44,401 nt of DNA. It comes from Pelomyxa schiedti. Taxonomy: Eukaryota > Protista > Evosea. The position numbers were made by a program, and so were the translations under genes. The notes under the pieces are model-generated. The model worked only from the letters and a program-made list of their open reading frames with translations, ran no database searches and had not been told where the DNA came from. Within the stretch, counting starts at the first letter, position 1. Every line of letters starts with the position of its first letter. Positions 26,801 to 38,334 of this stretch are shown piece after piece. The stretch covers positions 1 through 44,401 of the forward strand of contig JAHLWZ010000929.1 in NCBI GenBank assembly GCA_020536535.1. The letters are read 5' to 3'.

Positions 26801-27978
26801 GAGCGCCTTCTCCGTTTTCTGGGCCGCTGTACTGACTCTTCTTTGGAAGAACCTCCATCACTCTCACTTGACGACTGCACATTTGCAGAATCCCCTGGCT
26901 CACCACTCTTATCAACTCCACCATGAAATGACATATCCAAGGGAATCACAGAAATTCCAGTGACAGAAGAACTCCCACGAACCACGCCACCGTCATGCAC
27001 GGCAGAGGAAGAAGGAGTGGTACTAGCAGAAGCGCTATAGTTTGCGCCATTTCCAGTCGCAGTGCCACTCACGGTCACAGTTCCCACCCCCACGACACTC
27101 CCACTGCTCCCAGTGCCAACAGAGTCCCCCCCCGGAGCGCCAGGAAGCTTCTCCCCGTACACAAGAAAATCACCCCCGCCGCCGAGCTGGGAGCCGCCCC
27201 CGGTTCCTCCTCCCCTCTTCTGCCCCCCGCCGCGGGACCCCCTGCCCCGGCCCCTTCCCCGCCCTCCCCTCCCGGTCCCCGTGCCTCCCCCCCTGCTCCC
27301 CCTGCCCCGGCCCCTCCCCCGCCTTGTCGGCGACGCCGGCGTGGGGGCCTGCGCGGCCGCCGCCGAGCTGTCCGCCTCCGCCGCGCCCGCGCGGTCCCCC
27401 CCCTCGTCCTCGGTCGACGTGCTGGGCTCGTCGCTGCTGTCGCCTTGGCTGCTGCCCTCCTGGCTGCCCGCGCCGCCGCCGCCGTCGCTGCCGTCGCGGG
27501 CCTTGCGGTGCCGCCGGTGGTGGTGCTTGTGGCGGCCGTGGCCGTGCCCGTGCCCGTGGTGGTGGCGCTTGTGCTTGTGCCGGTGCTTGCGCTTGGCCCC
27601 GGCCCGCGGCGACCGCGACGACGAGGACGACCGGCCCGCGCTGCCCGTGGACGACGAGCGCGACGAGGAGGGCGACGGCGTGCGCGATATCGAGCGAGAG
27701 CGGGAGGGCGGCGACGGCGGCCGCTTCGATCTGTGCTCCTTGCTGCCGCTGTTGGCTGCGGCGGCGGCGTCGCCCGGCGGCGGAGATGTAGTGGCACCGC
27801 TGGGTGGGAGCGGAGAGGTCGTTATGGGACAGGATGGCGCAGACGCGGACGATGACGACGTCGACGAGGACGTTGTTGGTTGTTGCTGGTGTGCGATGTA
27901 GGTAGACGCATCGTTTGGTCTCTCTTGAGGGGCGATGTTGCCGCCATAGGGATTAGGCAAACCACATTCTGATTGCAT
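23847..27978 (-). CDS. Low-complexity (His-rich, RG-rich) N-terminus + HMG box + P-loop NTPase-like domain + unknown C-terminal alpha/beta domain
   Basis: HMG box APKRPLAAYLLFSKAMQPVIR...VIQEVAKRWHALPANQKE|KYYYEAKLAKDQWEKDMIQYE (~26480-26750), joined by a phase-2 intron to QRSGSGKTTLA (~26050-26080). Then PLVLHFKNLQ, FVYCSS and TGGLPLAV. The inferred last exon RPGINVCIAPL...SKFRW* ends at 23847. Confidence 0.7.
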
Positions 27979-28126
27979 TGTCTTGATTGTTGAATAGACT
28001 TGTTTTTTGGTTTTTAAAAAAAAAATTTCCTTTTCCCATTTCTAAGTATTTTCTTTTTTTTTTTCTGTCAAGTTATATTTTTGGTGTCGTTATCACAGGG
28101 TGATGGTGCTTATTTTACAGCCGGTA

Positions 28127-30548
28127 CTACCATAGGGGGCCTTCACATGAAACAGAAAATTTAGTTGCCTGGTCCAACAACTGTGAAAACTTGTGGTCGT
28201 CCATTTGATTTAAAAATGTTTGTAACTGAGGGAGTATATCTTCTCCTCTGCTACCCAGCATTTTGTCTGTTTGGTTTGTTTGTTGCTGTAAAGATGACAT
28301 GTGTGTGGTACCTTGGTTAGCCTTGAGAATGGCCAACGCAAATTGATATATGATAACATAGTCATGTATTAAAAACAAGTCCCTGTTGGATGTAATGGTG
28401 AGACTTGCAATTATACTTAGTGGTAGATACCATAAGCGGGACACAAATAGTGGATCTAAAACGGTTACAAACAGTGTGTGAAACCAACCAGCTAATGAGA
28501 GGTACGGGATCCCATGTGTTTGCTGTTTAATTGGTAAAAAAAAACCAGAAAGTAGGCAAACGCTCTAGCACATACAAATGTGTCGTAGACATCGGGAAGG
28601 GTGTACTGCACCAGAGAAGAAAAATACTCTAAAGAGCTGTGGACAATGATAAATGATACTAATGGAGCTTCAATTTCAACCTGTGTAGACGTGGCAGAGC
28701 CCCTACAAAAAACCCACTAAGTTTGTACTTTTTAATCAACTGATGGAGCATCCAAAACGTAGACTATGAAATGATCGAAGAAAATTTGTTAACAATATGC
28801 CATTTTTCAAAGTGAAGCACACTTCTTCACTCATGTGAAGCAATAATATCGCAGAGATAAAGTTCATGCCTTGGCAGTACCCTACTTCAGTGTTATAGGC
28901 TGCATAGGCACGAAGTACTCTCTGGAGACAATCTTGTCTATTAACATGAAATGAAAATTAGGGCAAAATGAAACGGGAAATTAAAGGAATAACCCAAAAT
29001 CACTTTGGAAGAATGGATGTTTGGGCAATGTCCGTTTTAGGTCAACTCTTATCTGGATTTCATTGTAAAAAAAAAAAAAAGTAAAAAGGGGAACACACCC
29101 TTCGTTCAAATTCTGTGGAGACATCGTCACAGACAAGTTTCTAAGTGTATTCAATAGATTATGTGAATGTCACAGAACAAACCTGATACAATCCAGGGTT
29201 TTCAGTAACAAAAATTTCCGACTCAGAGAGCTTTTGCCACACAAAACCACGCAAGGTTGGGGGAAGAGACAGAACCATAGTCCCAATCTAGAATTAGGTT
29301 ATTGTGGAACCGAAAACATGTAAAGAACATTAGATTTTTGTATTAGGTCCCAGTTCCCGAGGGCTTCCATCCATTTGACTACCATGGAGTCAGTACTAAG
29401 GTTTTTTCGTAGCCATGTAAAGATGGCTGAGTCAAGTGTTTCTGTTTCTGGGGTTGCTTCAAACAGAATCAATACCGGCTCCTTTTTTTGAAAGGAAATG
29501 GCATGAGATGAAAATACAACTCGAAATTAGGAGTGAGAGGCCCGGAATAAGGAAAATGTTTTTTTATGCAGAGAAAGACACACCTTTAGGGAAGATAATT
29601 CATAAGAAAAAACGGTCCTAGACTCTTCAAGCCAAAGCCCCATCAATGATGATGTGAAGCAAATTGGGATAAATAGGTGGAATTGACTAGTATCCGACCC
29701 AGGGAAAAAGTTCTGTGGGTCTGAGAACACAATACACATGAAGGTTCAGTTGTACCTCTATAAGTAGAGAGACAAAACCACTGACAGTTGTGGTTATAGA
29801 GCAAGTTGTTTGATAAACACTTTGATGATGCGGTTTTGGGAGAATAATTTTGACTGTGAATTCATTTTCGATCGGCTTTGGTGGCAGAAAAGTCTAGGAG
29901 AAATAAATTTGAAATAATTTAAATATTACAGTACTGACGGCTTTGCTATTGTTGCGTTGTAGGGTAGACGTGAATTTTCGTACAAGAGAATGGGAGGATA
30001 CTCTATGTGAAGCATTAGATTGCGTTGATCGAGTCTAGTACCACTGTTATCATAGTAAATGAATGAGCAGAAATACCGTACTACTGGTGCTGTCACCGAG
30101 TGCATTGGGAGAAGGAGAAGTTGTGGAGGGTGATTGTGGTATTTCCTGAGCTTCTGTGGTGGTTGTTGTAGACTGTGCTTCAAAGGGAGAAGGCTGTGGA
30201 TTCTCGAAAGACGCAGGCTCCAATAATTCTATTTTACTTTGCAAGCTGGTGCAACAAGCCTTAGGCCACACCAACTAGGAGAAAAGTACTACCGAGTAAT
30301 TTCGCTCATAAGATCTTCGTATACCCCGGGGTCACTTTTGACAGCGGGTAAGTTTACAATGGCTTCGAAGTCCCTTAAGTGCTAACAAACGTGTCGAGAG
30401 AAAAAAAAAATGAGACTCTATGAACCACAAGCAAAACAAAACACGTTCTACACTGTTATAACTACATATAAATGTGAAAGTGAAAGGAAACCTGAGTGAA
30501 GGCATTCAATCTTATTCTCTGCGCTTCGCTCATCACCACGCCCGACAT
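28127..30548 (-). CDS. TBC-domain Rab GTPase-activating protein with an N-terminal F0/ubiquitin-like domain
   Basis: LPPTLRGFVWQKL, IRVDLKRTLPKHPFF (Arg finger) and LQRVLRAYAAYNTEVGYCQGMNFISAILLL (Gln finger). Upstream SQFHLFIP...GLWLEESRTVFSYEL resembles talin F0. The 5' exon structure and start are uncertain. Confidence 0.85.
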
Positions 30549-30689
30549 GGCTTTATTTTATGAAGTGAAATTAATGGATCTGTCGTGAACCCGTTTAAGC
30601 AGCACTCCCCGGCAGATCTTTTTGATCGAACGAAATTAGAGGAAAAGAGAAAACAGGCAAACATAACAAAAAAAACAAACCTCAGAAGC
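30549..30689. promoter_or_regulatory. Probable bidirectional promoter between divergent TBC and alpha-galactosidase genes
   Basis: Only ~140 nt separate the two inferred divergent start codons; the TBC start is uncertain. Confidence 0.4.
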
Positions 30690-32515
30690 ATGAAGTGGTG
30701 GTTGGTGTTGGCTGCGGTTGTTTGTGTCAGAGCTCTGGACAATGGTCGTTTGGGGATCTAGATCTACGTGTTTTGTTGGATCTTACGTTGTGCAGGCCTG
30801 GGGCTTACGCCACAAATGGGGTGGAACTCATGGAACCACTTTGGCTGCAACATAAACGAGGACTTGATTCGCCAGACGATTGACGCACTCGTTGACACAG
30901 GGCTTGCTTCTGCTGGTTACAAGTACGAGGGTTTCTATGAATGGGGAGAGCTCGACTAACCACTTCCTTTCTATTCTACAGGTATGTGAACTTGGATGAT
31001 TGCTGGCAGGTATCCTTCATCTCTGTAAGCATACCCACAAACCTTTTTTTCTTTTTGTTGCAGTCAGCCCGTGATGATAACGGAACCATCATTCCTGATC
31101 CTACTACTTTCCCTAATGGAATTGCTCCTCTTGCCGACTATGCCCATCAAAAGGTCAACTCTCTTCTTTTCGTTGGTTTATCGTAAACCCCTCAATAAAA
31201 ATAGGGTTTACTCTTTGGTGTTTATTCGGGTAAGGAATTTTAACCAAGGAGGTTTTGTAATTCTTCATTTAGATGCAGGCTATTACACGTGTGCAGGACG
31301 ACCTGGCTCCCTTGGCTATGAGACACAAGTATTATTTCTTCTTTTTACCTCTATTTATTTCATAACAGGATGCAAACACTTATGCCAAATGGGGAGTGGA
31401 CTACCTCAAGTGTGATGCATACTGAATGTTGTCCAGATGTAACATCATTATAGGTATGACAATTGCAACAGCGATGGAACCTCTCCAAAGGAGCGTTATC
31501 CTGTGATGAGAGACGCCCTTAACGCTACAGGTATTTCCTCCCTTATTAGACTTTTTTTGAGGGAAAAAAAAAAGGAAGAGAAATTTTCTTCAGTATGTGT
31601 GAGTGGGGTGAGGAGCAACCAGCAGTATATACTTGCTATTCCTTTTCTATAACTTAACACTATTAGCGATGGGGAGCAGATGTGGGAAATAGTTGGCGCA
31701 CAACTGGAGACATCACAGACAGCTGGATGAGGTATTAAAGGTTCCCTTGTAGTATTTACTCCTTCAGGGTAATAGAAATTTTGGATAAGAACAATCTATG
31801 GGCGGATTTTGCCGGCCCCGGGGCTTGGAATGATCCCGGCAAGAAGGCAAATAAAAGTTAACATTTAGCTAACTATCTCCTTAGATATGCTTGAAGTCGG
31901 AAACGGAGGAATGAGCTTTGAAGAGTACAAGGCACACTTTGCTCTTTGGAGTCTTTCTAAGGCTCCTCTACTCATTGGTTGTGATATCACAGCAATGTCT
32001 GACGAGACTTTTTCAATTCTCACAGCGACGGAAATTCTCGCCCTTAACCAGGACTCATTAGGTACCAGAACAAGTCTTTTTTTTTTCTTTAACAAAAAAA
32101 AGGAGTTCAAGGCCGCCGAGTAGCAATTGACGATCTTTATCGTAACCCCAACTTATCTTATCTCCTGACAACTTACCCCAAATGTAGAGGCCGAAATATA
32201 CAGTGCCCCCCTTTCAGGTGCCGTTGTCAATCGTATTTTCTTCCACTCAAATCGATAGGCAATCGCTACGGTGTTATTCTGCTCAACAAGGCCCTCACCC
32301 AAAGGACTGTGACCGCCCAATTCACTGACATAGGACTGACATCAACAACAAAATGTCTGGCTCGTGATCTTTGGGCAAGAAGGTTTTCTTTTTCAAAAAT
32401 TTTTCCTATGAATTAACGAACAAACAAAACCAGTGACCTTGGATACTACACAGGCTCCATCTCCCAGAAAGTTCCCGGCCACGCCGCTGCTGTTATTCTT
32501 CTCACGCCAGTCTAA
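30690..32515 (+). CDS. Secreted/lysosomal alpha-galactosidase, glycoside hydrolase family 27
   Basis: Signal peptide [15 protein letters not shown], then [37 protein letters not shown] (nucleophile Asp), SWRTTGDI (acid/base Asp), [30 protein letters not shown] and a C-terminal RDLW...VPGHAA domain. Confidence 0.96.
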
Positions 32516-32614
32516 AAAGAAAAAATAGAGCTGGGAAAAAAAAAGATACTTCCTTCAATCCCAAATCACTTCACAACGTGAGTTGTGCCTCCTCAAACAC
32601 CCATGGTTGGTTTA

Positions 32615-35600
32615 CTACAAGCACAACGCGTGCAACGTGTTGAACACACTGTGGAGATCAGAGCCCCCGAATATATACATCCTCTTCCCAGCTTGCCACC
32701 ACGCAGCAGCGTGGCACATGACCTTTGGCGAGTCTCTGTTGCCCGCAGAACCAAGGTACTTCCACGTCGCATCGCCCCCCTCTGCTATCTCCAGCATGGT
32801 AGTTCCCAGTGCAGACTGCACAATCACGCTGGTGCAGGGCCGCCCCGGGGGGCATGTTGTCTTGGGCACCACCACCGCTGAGAACCGAGCAGCGGGAACG
32901 CGGAAGTCAGTGACCGGCACGTTTCCAAGTGGCAAGCAGGGGCAGGTACCGTGAGGCGAGAGTTTGGTCCAAACCAATGTCTCCAAGTCAACGGCGTACC
33001 TAGACAAGTGGTGGCGTGTTAGTTCTTTTTCCCAAGACCAGAGTAGAATTCTTTGGCCATACACTTCATCAAGGAGAGCAGCCCCATCGAACCCACCAAG
33101 GACGAGCATAGTCCGGCCGTCGGGCATAAGCACTGCAGAGTGTTGGGTGCGTGGGGATGGAATGGCTCCGGTCATCCGCGATGTGACTTCGGACCACTCA
33201 CGGGACTGGATGCTGAATATCCACATGTCGTTGAACAGCTTGTACGGCCCGCCAGCGCAAAAAGCTCCGCCGAACACTACTAGGTGGTTTCCAACAGCCA
33301 CTGTGGTATGACCAGCTCTGCAGTGTGGTGAGGTACCGGTGAAGGGAACCTCTGTCATCTATACAGCATTGAGAGAGAGAAAGGAGGGCTGTGAGATAAG
33401 TGACAAATGGGGGAGGAAGGAATGAAGGGTAGGTAACTGTGCAAGCCAGAAGATCAAGGAGATACATGTCAGAGTACTGGCAGCGGGAATCCCAGCCGCC
33501 ATAAAGGAAAACCTTGGTTTCGGAAAACTCAGACGCAATAGTGGCACTGTGTCCCCATCTGGAATTGGAAAAGTTTCCCATGTGAGGTTTTTTGCCGTTT
33601 AGGGGATAACGACCTTTCATTCCTTACAAATGGGGGATGTTTAATGGCTGGATCCGCTGTAATCTCCAGTCTGGACCACTGATGGAGCACAAGGTCGAAT
33701 GCTGAAATGCCCACATTATCAGCTCCACCAACAACATAGAGTCGGTTTTCAGTTCCAACAGAGCTCACAAATATGGTTGGCCAGGTGCATGGTTTTGGAG
33801 CCTAAAATTACTTAGATTTGCAAATTGGAAGTCTCTTCTACCTTATCTGAGTTAGTGTAGCAAACCCAGGCGGGGGCTTCAGGTATAGCACGTGGAATTA
33901 CAACTTCTGCAAAAAAACTTTGTTAATGTTACTGAGATGAAGAAGGATTTTCACCAGAGCACATGGTTGGTTCCGTTTGACTAGTGTAAACCCATTCAGA
34001 GTCATAAGGATAATATTCCAGAGCGTGCACAACTCTTTTGAAGAGAACTTCAGTAAAAAAAACTCATCGAAAATACGAAATACTTAGTGTGAGACAAATC
34101 ATGAAAAATAGTGAGAGGTTTTTCATCATAGTACATCATCCAATGAAATTTTATAGCCAAGACTGGTCTCACATCAGCCGGAACAGTTGGAGTCCCCTTC
34201 TTTTGTGCAGCTGAAATGAGATAAGATATAAGATACAGAAGAAAAAAAACTGAATACAATTAAAAGAATAAGGTTCGTTGCTAAGAACAACAGAGAAAGG
34301 GTCCTTGTTTGTGAACATGCAAAAAATCTCAATCCTGGCCGGTTGTTAAATTAAATATAATGGAGACGATTGACTTGGAAAAGATTGAAGCTGAGATATG
34401 ATCATTGTCAGGATCCATTCCCTTGATAGCAATTTCCCACTTCCCTGAACCAAGGATTATTACTTTTTCCCAGGCGGGCCAAAACAGAAGGGCTGGTAGA
34501 TAACACACCTCCAGCTCCGATTTGAGAGGTTATGAAAACACGCCTTCTAAGTCTCCATGGGGGAATAACAAGATTCAACCGTTTCATCACCTATAGAATC
34601 AAGATTAATGAAATGAAGTACAAGTGGGAAGTCAGTGATACCTCCTTCATTACATCATCAGTCTTTGCATGTATTACAAAGTCGGCCCTGGAGTCCAACG
34701 GAGTGTGTTGTAAGTTGCATATAATTAAATGCCCACGTCTATAATATTGACGGATGAGTGGAGGAGTTGCAATGTCTACTCATACACAGAAGCATTACGC
34801 GGCATGTCAGCTGCGGGAGTAACAGTGAGAGAACTTCCCAAGACCAACATTACGTCAGCTTTTTTACTGTGCTTGTAGGCTCGATCCAGCTGAAGTGCTG
34901 GGAGAGATTGCCTTCGAAAATGAATGAAACATTGTGAATATAGTCCTACCCGAAGTCAATTGTCCATTCCATCAGACGGCCATGACACAGGTCACAATAC
35001 CTTCCAGTAAAGTGATCCCTGCCATCACGTTGCCTGTAACAAGGAAAATCCCTCATGTCTTGTGAAAATTGTTACATCCAACAGGGAAAGGAATTTAGAG
35101 ACGGCAGGTACATTGTGTGTTGCAGCCCTCACACTCCTCCACACTGCAATTTCCGTGCAACCTTGTATGTTTTAAAGTTACAAATGTGTTCCATTAGCAA
35201 ATGAGTTACTCAGAGATGTTCCCCTGAAGAATTCCAGATTTGCGGTGGAGTCCATCACAGTTCTATTATTAACGGAGGAATAATGTGAAGGAAGAAGGAA
35301 AAAGTGACAAAAAACCTGAGTAATCATGTACTTCATTATTCCTCTATCTTGTAGACCTACCAAAGCCATGTGGGCTGATGTGGGCCATGCCTCTAGCACA
35401 CTTTTGGTGGGGGAGGTACGAACTCTGCCCTAGTATTTTGCTGAGCTACCCAACAACCCAAAAAAAGGAAAGTACCTGTGCTTTCAGTGTCCATACACCT
35501 TCAGGACCTCTGTTGAGAAAACTAAGTCAAGAAGAAATGTTAACACTGTTTCAACCTGAAATCTAAAAGACAAAAATATAAGAATAAAAAAAGAGACATT

Positions 35601-35837
35601 TTCTTTGTTAACCTGGTATACCAGCAGACGTGCTAATCTACAAAAAAAAAATAAGACAAGACGAAGGCACGACTATGACAGGTGTGACATTCAACGTACC
35701 CCAGCACCAGTGAACGTTACAAAGTGATTTGATGCCCTGATCAAGTCCACCAGTCTGCCCACCTTATCGTTGAATTCCTCGGGACTGTCAAAGTGCTCCT
35801 TGATAGCCTCTTCAGTCTTGTGTGCCGTCCACGCCAT
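32615..35837 (-). CDS. Class IV (SIRT6/7-like) NAD-dependent deacylase fused to a C-terminal Kelch beta-propeller
   Basis: FTGAG|ISTSAGIP|DF|RGPEGVWT, PTSAHMAL, ITQ|NCDGLH, ELHGN, four Zn cysteines, LGSSLTVTPA and ICNLQHTPLD. The frame continues across GT-AG introns into Kelch blades: RLYVVGG, RWGHSA...FLYGGWD, RAGHT...VVFGG, PRTQHSA...LVLGGFDG, MCHAA...YIFGG. Confidence 0.85.
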
Positions 35838-36150
35838 CTTTCTTCACGTTTAGTCTTTCGGTTTTTGGCTTATTTTAAACCGACGTGATCTTCGAAATCA
35901 GGGTTCGGAATAAATCGAATTGGTGTGAGTGTCCAATTGTTAGGGCGTTTGGTCTTGTGGCCCAATGTGAAATTTTTTCTCGTTTCACAGCGCGTAAGAA
36001 AAAAAAAAAGGCACAAACTGTATGGACGACAAAACCCTATTTGTTTATGACAAAAACACCAAAAAGAAAAAAATGCCGCCGCTGAGGGTCAGCGCCGCTC
36101 TCGGCCAGGTGTCTGGATGATGACCGCCTGGCTGCTCAAAAAAAGCTGTC

Positions 36151-37121
36151 TCAGGTTGTGGGGTTGAGAAGGGATTCTACTGCAAAAGTGCTATTCGGGT
36201 TAGGAGGTGTGCGCAGCTCCTTCTTGACCATCTTGGCAAAACGCAAGCCACAACCATTGCAAAGCCTGTTTTGGGTATTAGAAAAATTCGACGCCGATCC
36301 CTCCCCGAGGAAATTCACTCACGATTTGCAGTTGTCAGGACCACGGCGCCACTCTATTGTCTCAGTTGCACCACATTTGTGGCAGAAGAACGCCTCCGGA
36401 TTTTTTGCTCTGGCCCTCTGTAAATTGAGTGGTTAGTATCGCCGACGAGTAAGGGAAAACATTTCATACCCTTCGGGGCTTGGGCGGAGCATCACCCCCT
36501 TGCATTTCCATTGTCCATAAAAATGTTCCTGGGGGTCTACAAAGTTCATCATGTTAGTTTCTAAATTGAGAGAAATTGAGAGAAAATTACGGGGAACGTG
36601 GGGACGTAGGGCACGTCTCCGGAGAAGAAGTAGCGGTATGTGAAGAAGTACTTGTGCTGCGCCTTGGTGATATCTCTTCACTGAAAGCAGTCGTAGAGAA
36701 ATTACAGGTTGAAATAGACTCCAATGGAGGCGGTGGGATAGGAGTATTTACTGGATACACTTTCGAAGTTGTTGCACTTGGTGGAGACGAAAGGGGTTGC
36801 ATAAAAGGCAGGCTAGCCATGGAGAACAGTGAGCCCACAAAGTTCTGGGACGGAGAAAGAGATGGGGAAAGATTCGGCGACGGCGAGACTGATATGGGTG
36901 GAGGGGGTCCATCAGCAGGTACAGGGGGTGGAATGCGACTAAAGTTCTCACGTATGGTATCCTCGGTCTGAAGTTCGGAAAGGAGAATCTGATATACAAG
37001 GTTCTACACAGAAGAATGTGTTTGTTACGCCGAGGGAAAAAAAGACCAAAGGACAAACTACCTTGGTGTTATTCGCGGATGATGTTTTATCGAGAGTAAT
37101 CATTACATTTACGGTCTCCAT
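36151..37121 (-). CDS. GATA zinc-finger transcription factor (C-X2-C-X18-C-X2-C)
   Basis: CHKCGATETIEWRRGPDNCKS|LCNGCGLRFAK near the C-terminus; Ser/Pro-rich middle region; ends FAVESLLNPTT*. Confidence 0.88.
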
Positions 37122-37732
37122 AAGGCGTGGAGCAGGGACCCTGGGAAACCGATTTCGTAGTGTCAACAACAATAGGGCTCCAAAATCAGACGCGTAATTA
37201 CGAGCCTATATATGAGGGACAAAGAAACGTTAGCCACAACAAAACAAAAAACGAAACACATAAGCACCAAACAGACGGCGAGGGGGGGAAAAAAAAAAAC
37301 GCGCCTCCATCGGAGCCTTGAGGTTGTTGTTTATTTGTTTGCTTTTTTATTTAAGTTTCGAGTTTTTCCCCGTTTCGTTCTTCGGCTTTTTGTGCCTGTT
37401 TCCTTTTTTTAAAACCAACAGGTCGTTTAGGGAAAATGTTTTGCTGCTAGGACAAGTTGATACACTGTAACTTGTGGATTTATACTTGGGGTGCACTCTC
37501 ATCGGCGGAAAAAGGAAACTACCACAGATCGGATCAAGGAAGATTTCCGATCTGTGGTACTTTGGATCTTTTGTTCCAGCGGTTCACGAGGAAAACCCGC
37601 CTTTGTGTGTTCTGCGTAGTGACTTTGGGTAAATCGAGTGGCACAAATTCCCAGTTGGCATCTGGTTTTCACTGGAACTTCGGCGTGGCCCGTCTTGGTG
37701 ATGCTTCCAGCGTAAAGTTAATAAAATAGAAC

Positions 37733-38334
37733 TTTGGGACTCACACTAGGGGGTTTTTGGTCCAAACAACGAAAATCTGGTCCAGGGGAAAAAAATCCGG
37801 TCCGGAAAAAAAATACTTTTTTTCTGTGAATTTCTGTGGCCTGGTTTTGTCACAGGGCGTGAGGCATGTGGTTGTCCGAGCTTGTTGTAACATGGACAAC
37901 TAAATATTATTGTCACAACAAGCAACAGTAACGACTTAAAACCAAGGTATTGAGTCAACGTCACACTGAGGACAAGTCACCTCCAGAGAGACACTGTGCC
38001 ATCTCAGGCCATCTCAGTACAGCTTGTTATGGGTGACTACAACAGCATTGCCATGCACATTTAATGTCCTCTGTGCCTGCTGCATGTGTGTTTATTTCAC
38101 AGAAAAAAGGAATTATTTTTCCGGACTGGATTTTTTTTTTTCTGGACCAGGGCACTTTTGGGCAAAAAAAATTCCTTTCTCCCTTCAGGGCACAGGGACT
38201 GCTGCAGGACCAAGCACATTTTCTGGTCCACCCTTTGGGCCAGCTAAATCCAAAAGAGCAGACTTTTCCATCCACCCCTGACTGAGAACAACACTCTGAT
38301 TCATCAAAACGAATTTTTTAGTGTGAGTCCCAAA
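37733..38334. mobile_element. Putative MITE/foldback-like element with nested inverted repeats
   Basis: Inner imperfect ~55-bp inverted repeat at 37777-37830 / 38096-38150. Outer perfect 16-bp inverted repeat tttgggactcacacta (37733-37748) / tagtgtgagtcccaaa (38319-38334). No convincing coding capacity and no clear target-site duplication. Confidence 0.45.

Noticed and set aside
26995-27901. Several long overlapping ORFs on both strands
   Set aside because: GC-rich low-complexity exon; only the minus frame starting at 27978 splices onto the HMG box.
22067-35837. NAD-themed cluster (NudC + sirtuin, near TOR)
   Set aside because: The genes are separated by unrelated genes in a eukaryotic genome, with no evidence of co-regulation.
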